A stretch of DNA of 63,193 nt, counting the filler, from Reclinomonas americana ATCC 50394 (Eukaryota), in assembly GCA_048213135.1 (NCBI GenBank). It is 13 parts of 13 records of this genome, joined end to end, with 100 filler letters (N's around TTAATTAATTAA, not from the genome) between each part and the next. Parts side by side here need not be neighbours in the genome. Positions count along the whole stretch, not along the records: positions 38,095 to 41,718 come from AFZH01021679.1; positions 41,819 to 46,913 come from AFZH01021680.1; positions 47,014 to 52,914 come from AFZH01021681.1; 10 more parts are not named here. One strand, written 5' to 3'. Position 1 is the stretch's first letter; every line of letters starts with the position of its first letter. Below are positions 38,335 through 49,760 of the stretch, piece after piece. A program made the position numbers and the translations under genes. The notes under the pieces were generated by a model that had not been told where the DNA came from, did not search any database, and saw nothing but the letters and a program-made list of their open reading frames with translations.

Positions 38335-41300
38335 ATGAGCGCGCCCGAGCCGCCGGCTGTTCCCGTGCGGGCTCCTCCTCCACTGCCGCCACCTCGCACA
38401 GCCAAACCCGTGGACGCCCCGAAGGAGCCGATAGCAAGTGCTGCCGAACAGCCAGTGGCAGCCACCGGACCACACCCACTGGGAGCGTGTGTGTGGAGTC
38501 TCATGGATATCATTACTCGGGCGTATCACTCCGCCGCCTCACCGACTTCGACCGGCGCACAACACGAGTTGTTGCACCAGGCCACGGAAGAGATACAGCG
38601 AGTGGCGCATGAATTGCGCATGGCGTCGCAACAGCTGCCGGCGAGCGCCGAGTGCGACAAGGCCATCATCTCTCAGGTGCTGTACTACATGGACGAGTGC
38701 ATGCGCCGCAATCGCACGTTCATCTCAAGTATGGCCACCGAAGCAGGTGTGTATGTGTGTGCGTGTGTGTGTTCGCTTCCATGCATTCTTCCTGTGAGAG
38801 ATTGAGTGTGTTCCATTGTGTTGCGTGTGTGTATGTATGTGTGTGTGTGTGTGTCTCTCTCTCTCTCTCTCCGTGACTCTCCTCTTGTGTGCGCTTTGTG
38901 CAACATCTCTGTTGTGTGAGCTGCACCACTCTGTGATGAGCACGGGGAAATGTCGGCTTGTCGTCCGGTCATCTGGAGTGACTTGGTGTTTGTTTTCCCC
39001 TTCTTGTTCTCCAGCTGCTGCGGCGGCGTCTGCTCCCGTGCTGGCTCCCCCGCCCAGCACTCGCTTTGGTACTGGCACACAGTCAGGTCAGCGGATGTTC
39101 GAGAGAGTTCTGTCTTGTTATGTGTGAGTTCTAACTGTGTGTTTGCTGCGAAGCTGGCACCTCCGGGTCGTCGCCCGTGCCCGACACTGGTTCGGTGGGT
39201 CGCACACTGTCGAATGGACAAGGTGCGTCTGCATGTGACTGACGAGTCTTTCATTTTATTGTCTGCTGATTCATGTGTTTAGGTGGATCGGCGCCTGCTG
39301 CGGGAGGTTTTTTTGCGATTCGAGTTCTGCTGTGTGTGGTTTCATTCGTTACTGACTGTCTCCGTAGGCCCGACCAGCGTCGCACCACTGCCTGGGTACC
39401 CTGATGGTGAGCCGCCGATGTCTCTGTCTCGCTCGCAGCCATTCGCTTACTTTTTTCCGGCGCAGACCCTCTAAATCGCAATGGCGCCAACGTCACACCT
39501 GGTAATGTGTCGATGAGGAACGGCGCAACGACTGCTGATGCTGCAATTGTCTCCATGGCGTCGGCTGCCATCTCTGTGGAGGGCATGGCTTCCAATCGCG
39601 CGGCACCCCCAAACGCCTCCAATGGCAGCGGTGCGTTGCGCTGGCTGCTGGTTGCGTTTTCGGCTAGCCTGTTGAATAATGTCGTGTGTCGCACAGATGC
39701 TGCGCCGCGACCCACGAACAAGGGTCTTCTGGTCCCACCGCTACCGCCAGCCACCTCTGTCAGCCAGCCCGTGGACCCTCGCGCTCAACCGCTGCAGCAA
39801 CCACCCGGCGATCAACGACGAGTGCAACGTGTGCCGACGGAGTCCGAACCCTGCCCCGTGTCTGGCCTGCCGAATCTCGGGTACGCACCCCCTCATGAGT
39901 GTCGCCGTCCCTACATGCGTTGAAATCGTGTTTCGTGTAGGAATACGTGCTTCATCAATTCGCTTCTGGAGTGTCTGCGCTTCACTCCAACCTTCCGCCA
40001 GCGCTTGGAGCGCTTTGTGACCGAAGGCAGACGGGAACTGGTGTTGGACTCGTTGCCGGCATCGTCGATCCATGCACTGCGCGTCTTGGTGGTTCGTGGT
40101 GAACTGGCTTGCATAGTTTTCCTGCATGTCGTCACCCTCGTCATATCTATCGCAGTGCTTGCACAACTTGTTCACGGCGCTTGACTCGCGCGACAACGAC
40201 ACTGTGCGGTTGCGCGTGGAGGTAGCTACCGTCTCTGCAGCTCTTCTGTCAAGTATCTTGTATTATTCACTGGAACTCGATTGCGATGCGCAGGAGCTGT
40301 TAGTGCAGACGGGCATTGCCGAAGGTCACGGTTCACACTTCCGTCTGTTTGGGTCGCGTATTGAGCAGGACGATCCTGGATGGTTCCTGACCGAGGTCTG
40401 TGCACGTCCACGCAGCACTTCTCGTGATGCAGCTGTCGCCTAAATCGCACTCTCTCTTGTTCGCCGTAGCACATTGTGCCAGCGACGGCGGGTGGGTGAC
40501 TGCGGTCACAATGTGTGTGCTTGGCAACTCGAAAGCTGATTCCCGTGTTGTTGCACAGTGTTCCCTCAAGCTGAGTTGCAGCACGTGTTCCAGTGCTCCG
40601 TCGAATTCCGCTCGACGTGTATAGTTACTGCTCTCCTGTGCCGTGTGCTGTACTCAACAAGATGTTGACGCACGCCTTTCACTGCGGCTGTCACAGAACT
40701 GCATGCGTGAACCTCGAGTCGATGCACAGCCGCAGCTCGAGGTTGTGATTGATGCGATGCAGTTGCGGCAGCCCGGGGCCATCCACGACGCGTTGCGAGC
40801 GTCCATGGTGGGAGACCGACAAATGGTCAAGAATGGAATTACGTGCCGCACGCCCAACTGCAAGTTCCAAGGCTCCAAGGTGTGTTTCGATCCATTCATT
40901 CAATCACCCTTCTCATTTCCTCTCTTTGCCATTGACTTCATGCTTCTTCTCGTTTCCCTGCGAAGGTGGACTCGATCGAGGAGTCCGTGTGGCGACTGCC
41001 GGAGAGCGCGCTGATTGTGCGCGTCGATTGGCGCTCACTGGGGAACAAGTCCTCCAAAGACTTCCCGTTGCAGCTAGACCACCAGTTCCCCTTTAATGTG
41101 GGTGGTGACCGCGTTCTGCTATCGTTGCAGTCGTTGATTGTGAGTTGACGAAGAATCGAGAAGTGTGACTCGCTGTTCGTGCTTGTTACTCATAAAGAAC
41201 AACAGCTACACTCGGGACACAGCACGGATCGCGGCCACTACATGATGATGACGCAACTACAGTGGCCAGTTGCGTTGCTGCCCTTGTCGATGAAGCAAGC

Positions 41301-41482
41301 ACATTCCGACATCACATGTGCAGCACATTGGTCCGGTGTGGGTCCTCTTCGACGACAGTGCGGCGTCATTCGCCGAAGCCGCTGCCGTGCTCCGTCTGAC
41401 ACAGGGCAGCGGCCTACGCGGCAACTGGCGACCAATCATGGTCTTCTATACCATCAACCGTGAGGCTGCGCCGCCGACCTGA
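38335..41482 (+). CDS. USP deubiquitinase with a long N-terminal extension
   Basis: VSGLPNLG|NTCFINSLLECLRF; EQDDPG; HSGHSTDRGHYM; WVLFDDS; RPIMVFY. Confidence 0.87.
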
Positions 41483-41556
41483 AAACCACATCGGAGCGCT
41501 CCCGTCCGCGTTCTTAGTGTCCTCCTTCTCTCATCATTATAAAAAAAAAGCAAGGA

Positions 41557-43456
41557 ATGGGGAGCAGTCAGTCGCGTCCGACCTCATCCTCTGCCTCCGG
41601 CCCAGCCACCACGGTGCCTGTCTACACAAGCAACGCAGCGGCTCTGGGTGCCACCTCCGCAGCCATTGCTCAGCGCCGTCTCGCCGCTCATCCTCCTCCT
41701 CAGCAACAACAACAACAANNNNNNNNNNNNNNNNNNNNNNNNNNNNNNNNNNNNNNNNNNNNTTAATTAATTAANNNNNNNNNNNNNNNNNNNNNNNNNN
41801 NNNNNNNNNNNNNNNNNNCAGATGGTGCCAGGCACACGAGTTCGTGCGGCGCGACCAGTGGGCCCACTCCGAGTTGGAGGTGTGTCGTTCACTCACTTGT
41901 TTCTTGCTTGTATTTGTTGAGCACCAAAAGATCTGTTTTTTTCTCGTGCAGATCTCGGCTCGTTCTACTGGCGTGATCCGGAACGTGGTGCAAGGTGCGT
42001 CCTGTGCAGTCGCTTGTTTTGGTCACTCGTCCTTTGTGTGTGTGATGTCCCTCGTTCCCCTCACACGTGTCGGGAGCAGCTACGTGAGCTGGGATCGCGA
42101 CGACCTCGGTTCGATGAGTTTCTTCCCGTTCGAGGCCCTGGTCAATGGATGCCCGAACCGCCCATCGTCGGGCTACTGGGTGTTTGATGCGTGAGTGTGA
42201 TTCGGCCGTGCACTTTGACAGCGCATCGATGCTGACGCATTGTTTCATGCAGCGATATCGAGGTGGTGGCACCAACCGGTGCGTCTCGCATTGTTCTCTC
42301 ACCACTATGTTTTCGCTCACGTACACACCTCCGCTGGGTGCAGGCGAAGGTGCGGCGACTCGCTCGGAATCAATGGTGGTGGTGCCCGACACGGCCACCG
42401 GCCTCAAGTGCGAAAACTGCATGGACGACCAGAACCCAGTGACGTACCGTCTGCCGTGTGGGCACGGCTTCTGTGCCGAGTGGTGCGAAGCAGATTGAGT
42501 GCGTTTGCGGTCTCCTCGTGCGCCGACTGACTCGGGTGTGTGCTTCTGTAGTCTCGAGGAGTCACTGAAGGCGCACGTGCGTCAACAGCTGCCATCGGCG
42601 CTGCTGTGTGTGAAGAAGGGATGCAAGACGGGTGAGTGTTTTTTCTTCTTCTTCTTCTTGTATGTCGCAGGTTGTTCACATAGAGGTGCAGAGGTTCCGG
42701 TGCCGACGATTCAACACGCGGCGATTGCACGCAACTTCCGCGATGTGGAGCGCGGCTACTACGAGTTGTTGAGTCAACAGTTTGTGGCGGCGCACGTGAA
42801 GCGATGCCCGGGAGTTGCGCGCAGCTGCTCTCTCTCTCTCTCTGTGGTCATAGACACACTGCCTGACATGCAAAAAAACCCGCCACCCGCAGTGCCAGGC
42901 CATGTGCATGCCGGAGAACACCAACGACCGCGATGTGGTGTGCGGCACGTGCCACACTCGCTTCTGCGTGAGCTGTGAGCTACGTTGGCTCACGATGCCC
43001 GGCTTCCCGTCGTGCGGCAATGTGGACTGCACGCGTGCCGGGCCCAACCTCATGCTGGCCTACTGCGGCACCAAAGTTGCGTGTCGCAGGGGGAGGGAGA
43101 GGGCAACAATGGCGGAGCTGTCTTGCTGAACAATCAAAAAAATTTGCAGTTCACGTATGGCATTGCCGAGGAGCACGGTCAGGTGCCAGTGATGCGAGCG
43201 TGCCCGCGGTGTTTCACTATTCAAGGTGCAGTGTGCATTTGTCTTGCGCGCCCGTTAGCGATATATTGCGCGGTGCTCACGATGAGTGGCAGAGCACGCC
43301 GAGGCCTGCAAGCACATGAAGTGCCAGAAGTGCCTCTGCGAGTACTGTTTCCGGTGCTTGTCGGTGCGTGAGAACGATCAGACCCCGTGGCCAGCCATTT
43401 GTGGTCACTGGAACACGCCGTGCCCGATTGCGCCGCGGCAAGTGGTGCCGGAGTGA
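41557..43456 (+). CDS. RBR E3 ligase with a CPH/SH3-like module and MGSSQS N-terminus, spanning a gap
   Basis: MVPGTRVRAARPVGPLRVGDLG..SYVSWDR; RING1 CENC..YRLPCGHGFCAEC; IBR; RING2 MRACPRCFTIQEHAEACKHMKCQKCLCEYCFRC; ends CPIAPRQVVPE*. The link to the first exon across the gap is inferred. Confidence 0.85.
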
Positions 43457-44537
43457 TGAAGATCTGGCAAAGTGAAGTGACAGCAAACTTGGTTATTAAT
43501 CCGAGGGGAGTTGTCGGTATTGATATCACACTCACCGTGTTTCCGATCACAAGCATGTGTCGCGCCAGAGTCTAGGGGTACCTGCTGCTGTTGACTGCGG
43601 TCGTGATGGTCTGAGGCGTGCACCGTGTGTTGACAAAAACGGCGTGCAACATTGCCAAATTCGGATACAGCTTGTGTCCATCGCTGCGTCTTGACGACAG
43701 TGGTGTGCACCGCAGGTGGCACTGCCGATGGTGGCAGCCTTGCCTCGCAACACTCTCCTGCTGTCAGCTGTTGGCTTGCGAATCGCAATGTGATGCATCA
43801 ATGATCCACCAATGCGCGAAGCTGATTTTGATTTTGATGTGAGAGAGATCCTCGTGTGCAAAAAACCGATGCTTCCGATGTGCAGCGTCCACGCTTGTTG
43901 GCGTGCACATGTGTATCTGTGAGAGAAGTGGCAGCAGGCGCATGAGAAAGTTACCACGTGCGCGAGTGAAGAGTGTGCGATTGCACTTTAAATTTTATGA
44001 CAACGTTAACCGCTGCTGAATGAAGACAACGCAGAAACTCTCTGGGGAGTGCACTGTGGTCTCTGTCGCCAGTGCCTTCACTCACCGACGAACAAGGAAC
44101 AGTTGTCTTGCGCCAGTGCACGTTCGGTGTACTTTACACATTGTCACGATCGGACGTCGACGCACACCACCGCGCGCTGCGTGGCTTGGGAGAGGCATGC
44201 AGCGAGACTGAGAGGGGGGAACACAGGCGGAAAGAGAGGGCGCCTGCAGGCACACGCACCCACACACACACACACGCGCGCACGAGAAACAGGCGACGAT
44301 GTGTCACGAGTGAGACTGCGTGTACAGGCGGCGAGGCACGACGCAAGGAACAGCAGGCCAGCTGGTGACACAAGAGAAGAGGGTGTGATGCGGTGGTGCG
44401 GCAGTGGGTACTGGGCGAGATCAGAGAGTGGGATCATCATGGTTTGCTATCCTTCTTCAGAGAGGAGAGGTTGTCTTCATTCAGCACCTGGGCGGTCATG
44501 CACACAGGGCTCATCGTCGTGCAAAGAGCTGCATCTT

Positions 44538-45074
44538 CTACGGCGAAGCCTGACGCTCATAGATGTGCGGATACGATTGGTAGCGCACGGCATGATAGAG
44601 ATCGACGCCCAACAGGCGTGCGATCTGGCGGTTCTGCTGCGGCGATGAGCAAGCCTCGCCGGCAGGGACCGGCATGCGCAGGCCAAAGTAGTTGCATGTC
44701 TGCTGGAGAAAGACGTTCGACCACAGCGCGCCCCATCCGTCCGGCTTTTCGGCTTCGACAAGCTGCAGCCGGGTCGGCACTGCCACACTGTTGTCGGCGA
44801 GGTGCTTGGCAAAGTTGGTCCCCACGCTGATCTTGCCCAACGGATGCGCCGCCGGCCAGTGGTTCTCGAAACTGTGCAACGAGAGGCTTGTGTGTAATGC
44901 GCGTAAGTGGAGAGTGGCGCACACCTGCTGCACTCACCGAATATCCACCAGTTCCGCGTGAAGAGTGAGTTTCGTGACATTTGTGCAGAGGCCGCTCACT
45001 TTTGCATGGAGGCCGTCGATATCCGTGCGCAAATCCGCAATGGCAGCCAGGATGGCGTCGTGGCCTTCGCTCAT
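44538..45074 (-). CDS. Small two-exon hypothetical protein with a coiled N-terminus, possibly Mug135-like
   Basis: MSEGHDAILAAIADLRTDIDGL...ELVDIR|FENHW...CNYFGL...NRQIARLLGV; the GT-AG intron keeps the frame. Confidence 0.5.
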
Positions 45075-45197
45075 CTTCCGATGGAAAAACTGTAAGTGTT
45101 TTCTTTTTTGTAGAGGACAACCAAACTCGGTCTGGGACGCGCGGGACGACCAGATTTGTCGCATCGCAATTTTGAGTCATTTCTTTGTGCATTGATC

Positions 45198-46224
45198 ATG
45201 TGGCCGCGGTGAGTCTCGCTGCTTGCTGTCCACTGGCTCACAACACGCTGGCGCTATCCCTTTCCTTCCTCCCTCCCTCCCTCTCTCTCTGTATTGAGAG
45301 GATGTCCGCGATCCTGTGTTTCTCCGCACGCACACTCGTGGCATTCACTCTCAATGATGCACACGCACACTCTCAACAGAGTGCATATGCGTGCGAGTTT
45401 GGCTCTGCGTGTGCTTGTCTGTGTCTGCGTGCGCTTTGTTGTTGTTGTTGTTGTTTGCACATGTCAGCAATTTCCGTGTTCTGTTTGCACTCTAGCTCTC
45501 CCCTCTCCGCTCCGCCACCTCCCACTCCCTCCATGCGCTGCGCCATCGCGCACACTCTTCTCCTGTTGTCTGCCATGCATTTCCATGGCGACTTATTGTC
45601 CGGCACTTGTGCACTCACTCACGCACACACAGCTTGAGGGTGGAATTGAGGAACTGGCAGAACACCGACACCATGACGTTGGTCAGCAACGAGACCACGA
45701 CATGGACGGCCACAGTCATCCCGGTGAGCTCTATTTTTTGTGAAGAAACACACACGCATATGTTTCGTGTCAGCAGCTGACCATGTTGTTGTTGTTGTTG
45801 TCCAGCCGCGTAACTCGCTGCTGGAGGGCTTCCCGCTCAAGCTGCGCGTGCAGTTCCCGGACTCGTACCCGCGCCAGCCTCCAGAGGTTCATGACCCTTT
45901 GACAAAGAGAAGAAAACCGCTCTCTCCTGTGTTGCTGATTCTCGCTGATCGCAGTTGTACTTTACGCCGGCGATCTACCACCCGAACTGCGACCAAAGCG
46001 ACGGTCGGCTTGTGCTGAAGAAGCTGACGGGCGAGGGCTCGGTCAACGCCGAGTACGACGTGCAAATGCCGCTCAAGGAGATTTTCACGGCAGTGGTGGC
46101 GGCCATTGATCGCCCCGAGCTCGAGTGCGCCTGCGATCCCGACATCCGCAACGCCTTCGAGAACGACTTTGATGGCGCCTACTTCCCGCAGCTCATGGAG
46201 AGCGCCATGCGTCACTCGGAGTAA
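45198..46224 (+). CDS. Divergent UBC-fold E2 (UBE2L3-like features) without the canonical catalytic Cys
   Basis: MWPR|LRVELRNWQ...TTTWTATVIP|PRNSLLEGFPLKLRVQFPDSYPRQPPE|LYFTPAIYHPNCDQSDGRLVL...IDRPELE. The first exon is tentative. Confidence 0.8.
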
Positions 46225-46637
46225 TCTCTCGCAACTCTCTCTGTCTGTTTGTCTTTTTTTGCTTTTTTTCTTCTTTGCGCGCCTTTTTTGCGTGTCACGT
46301 GCACAGCGATGGGCCCTCATTAAAAAAAAAACAAAGCACTCCCACAATCTTCGTCCGCCGGGTTCCAAAGCCCATAAAACACGCCGACATGCAGTGGACA
46401 GGAATGCCACACGAAATTTCGTCGGGCATTGCACTCACACGGAACCCGCCTGCACGAGAAGGTCAGTGCGTGTGGCGTGGTGTGCATTCTTCTCTCTATA
46501 TGTGTGTCTCCACCCGTGCGTGTGTGTGTGCGCGCGTGTGTGTGCGCGAATGTAACCTATCGTCCGCTGCATCATTCCTCACTCTCACACTCTCTTGTGC
46601 ACGCACGCAGTGGTGACGCAGAGGCACAGACGCAAAC

Positions 46638-46913
46638 ATGAGTGAGCTGCTGAGAACATGGGCGTCGCATTTGCTCGATGCGCACCAGTCCGAGGACCCC
46701 ACCGTACAGTACATTCCGCCACGAATGCGAGAGGCACTCATGCGCGCCAGAGCCAAGGTAACGTTGTCGGGCACACAGAGACCACAAGAGACGTGCGACT
46801 CACAACAGTGTGTGTGTTTTGCTAACAGCCGGACGCTGACATGGGTCCACTATTTCGACTCCACATGAAGGACATCAAGCTGTGCCCCAACTGTCCGCGG
46901 GTTGACGAGCACA
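46638..46913 (+). CDS. Hypothetical protein, 5' fragment
   Basis: MSELLRTWASHLL...RARAK|PDADMGPLFRLHMKDIKLCPNCPRVDEH, joined by a GTAACG...CTAACAG intron; runs into the gap. Confidence 0.4.
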
Positions 46914-47013
46914 NNNNNNNNNNNNNNNNNNNNNNNNNNNNNNNNNNNNNNNNNNNNTTAATTAATTAANNNNNNNNNNNNNNNNNNNNNNNNNNNNNNN
47001 NNNNNNNNNNNNN

Positions 47014-47468
47014 GTGCGTGCGTGCGTGCGTGCGTGTGTGACATGCCCACTCAAAAAGGTGTGTGTCTACATTGCGTGATTGTGTGGTGTCAGGAACGCA
47101 ACGAATACACTTCGGCATACTCCTTGTTGGAGAACACAGAGCGGTAGTGCGAGTCCACAATGTCTTCCAGACGATCGATTTGCCTGCAGCCACACATGAG
47201 AAGACTACACAACAGCACCACCACACGAAAGGTTAATTATATACTCACCGCGTGATAAACCCCCAGCCCTGCATGCGTGTTGAGGAGAGAGGGAGAGGAG
47301 AGAGACGCGCACGCACACACACAGACACACACAAGCAAGCACACATCGCCATGAGTGAATGCGATCTCTTCATGTCGTCACGCGTGTGAGTGTGTGTTTT
47401 TGTGTAACCTCTTCATACGACTCAAACTGGAGATTGGCCGCATTGACCAGCGGTGCAGTCTGTGCCAT
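47014..47468 (-). CDS. Cullin (CUL1-like) N-terminal exons; remainder lies in the gap
   Basis: Three small exons splice to MAQTAPLVNAANLQFESYEE|GWGFITR|QIDRLEDIVDSHYRSVFSNKEYAEVYS, resembling cullin helix 1-2 (E.GW..I...I.KL......F....Y..LY). Confidence 0.6.
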
Positions 47469-47591
47469 CGTGCGTTGCTCTCCTCGTTCAAAGCGAGTTG
47501 TGGCCAGTTGTCTCTCTCTCAGAAGTAGAGTGACAAAAGTGATTTCGTTGCTCGCGGTCGACATCGACTCTTTGTTGCACTTTTGCGAGCC

Positions 47592-49635
47592 ATGGCGGGA
47601 AGCTCTGTGGAAGGCGGTGGTTCGTATGTGCCTCTCACTCCTTCGCACAGAGACGCACACATGCACGCACATGCCTGTGTGTGCCTTTGTGCGTGCGAGT
47701 GTGGCCGACATTTCCACGCTCACACACTCTCTTCTCCTGCTCAGAAAACGTGAATGCGCTGGTGATGGACTGGGGCACCACGAGTGTGCGCGGTGGCTAT
47801 GCTGGCGAGGACTCACCAAAGGCCTTCATTCCGTCGGTGCGTGTGAGTGTCTTGTGCATGAATTGTGTGTGTGTGTTGTCATGCAAACTCGTGTGAGACA
47901 ACACGCAGCTGTGTGGTGTGACGATGGAGGGCGGCGAGGACATGGAGGTCGATGGTGAGTGAACACGTGTGTGTATGCCAGCACTTGCTCTTTCTCACAT
48001 GCGCGCCACGCAGGCTCGGGAAGTGGTGCGGCGCGGAGACGAAAGTATCACACCGGGCATCACCAGCTGGCACATCGCAAGCCACACATGGAGATCCTCA
48101 GTCCATTCAAAGACGGACTCGGTGCGTGCCTCCTGCTGCTGTGTGTGTGTGTGTGTGCACAAAGAGTGCGTGTTGTTCATTGCATGACAACGCGCAGTGG
48201 ACGATTGGGATGCATTCGAGCGATTGTTTGATTACACGTTCCGTGACTGTCTGCACGCGAACCCGCCCGACTATGGTGTCATGCTGTCAGAGGTGCCGTA
48301 CAACGCGGCGGCGCAGCGGGAGACGCTGGCCGAGTTGGTGTTTGAGAAGTTTGGCTTTGCATTCGGCTTTGTGGCCAAGAGCCCCGTGCTGACGGCGTTG
48401 CGTGGCTTTCCTCGTCGCCCGCCACTGCAGCGTGCATGCTCATGAGTCGTCGTACGTGCAGCTTCTCGCTCGGGAAGTCGTCGGGCTTGGTGGTGGATGT
48501 GGGCGCGTCGGGCACCGTGGTCACGCCCGTGACCGACGGCTTTGCGCTGACCAGTGGCATTGTGCGCAACTCGTTTGGTGGTGATGCGCTCACCGCACTG
48601 TACCAGCAGTCGGTGGAAGAGCAGGGTGTGCAGGTGCGGCCGGCGTACATGTTGCGGAAACGCAGGGAACAGGATCGAGTGCTGGTGGAGGAGCTCAATC
48701 TGCCCGACACGGCACCGTCGTTCCACAACTATGAAACCTTTGTTGCGCTTGCGTGCTTGCACACGTCACGAATGCTGCTGTCAGTGTGTGTGACGACCCT
48801 TGTGTGTGCTCTCTGCGCAGAGAATTTTCAACGATTTGAAGGAGAGTGTGTCGATGGTGTCGGAGGTGCCATTCGATGAAGAGTTACGTGCGTTGCTTCC
48901 TCTCGCAAACGCATCGCTTGGCTCACCCCTCCAGCACCACAGGGCCAACCGCAACATCCCGGGAGCGCAATATGAGCTGCCGGACGGCTCCAAGATCACC
49001 GTCGGCACCGAACGCTTCTCTATTCCCGAGCAGCTGTTCTTGCCCAGCGCACGAATGGTGTGAACTGATGTGTTGCTCGATTTTTTTTATTGCCGTCGCT
49101 CACACCTGCGTGTCATCGCAGGCGCGAGACCGTGGTCTCGACATTGACATGGGCTCGGAGACGCCACACGCGTTGCATTTGCTGGCGTTTATGGCGCTCA
49201 ACAAGACCGACAGCGACAAGCGGTGAGTGCAGTTGACTGGCCACTCCACTCCCCTTCAGTTTTTCTCACCGTGGTGGTGGTGTGAGCAGCAAGGACGTAC
49301 AGCGCGACGTCATCCTTACCGGCGGCTCCTCGATGATGCGCAATCTGCAAAAGCGATTCGAGAAGGAACTGGCGGCCATGCCCATGGTGCGCGTGTGCAC
49401 AGGCGTGTGCGCCATTCTCATCCGTCCACTTCGCACTGACTGCTGTGTGCGTGCATAGGCCAACAAGGTCAAGCTGACACCGATTCCCTCGGGTCCCGGT
49501 GCCGATTCGAGGCGATGCAGTGCGTGGATCGGTGGCTCCATTCTGGCCTCACTCGGCAACTTCCAGAGCATGTGGATCGGCAAGCGCGAGTACGAGGAGA
49601 TTGGTGCGTCTGTGGTCAACAAGAAGTGTCCTTGA
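47592..49635 (+). CDS. ARP4: Nuclear actin-related protein 4 (ACTL6/BAF53 family), 11 exons
   Basis: [67 protein letters not shown]...KKCP*. Confidence 0.92.
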
Positions 49636-49760
49636 GACGACCGCAACACGGCACAAGAGTAAATATCTGCTGGCGAAAAAATGATGTTGTGTTGTCTTGT
49701 TGTAATTTCATGCATGGGGAAAGCGTAGAAAGTATGACGGCGAGCCAACCGAGACGGCTC

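Noticed and set aside
43460..44530. Overlapping ORFs where a ubiquitin-like modifier might lie
   Set aside because: No beta-grasp pattern or terminal Gly-Gly found; treated as intergenic.
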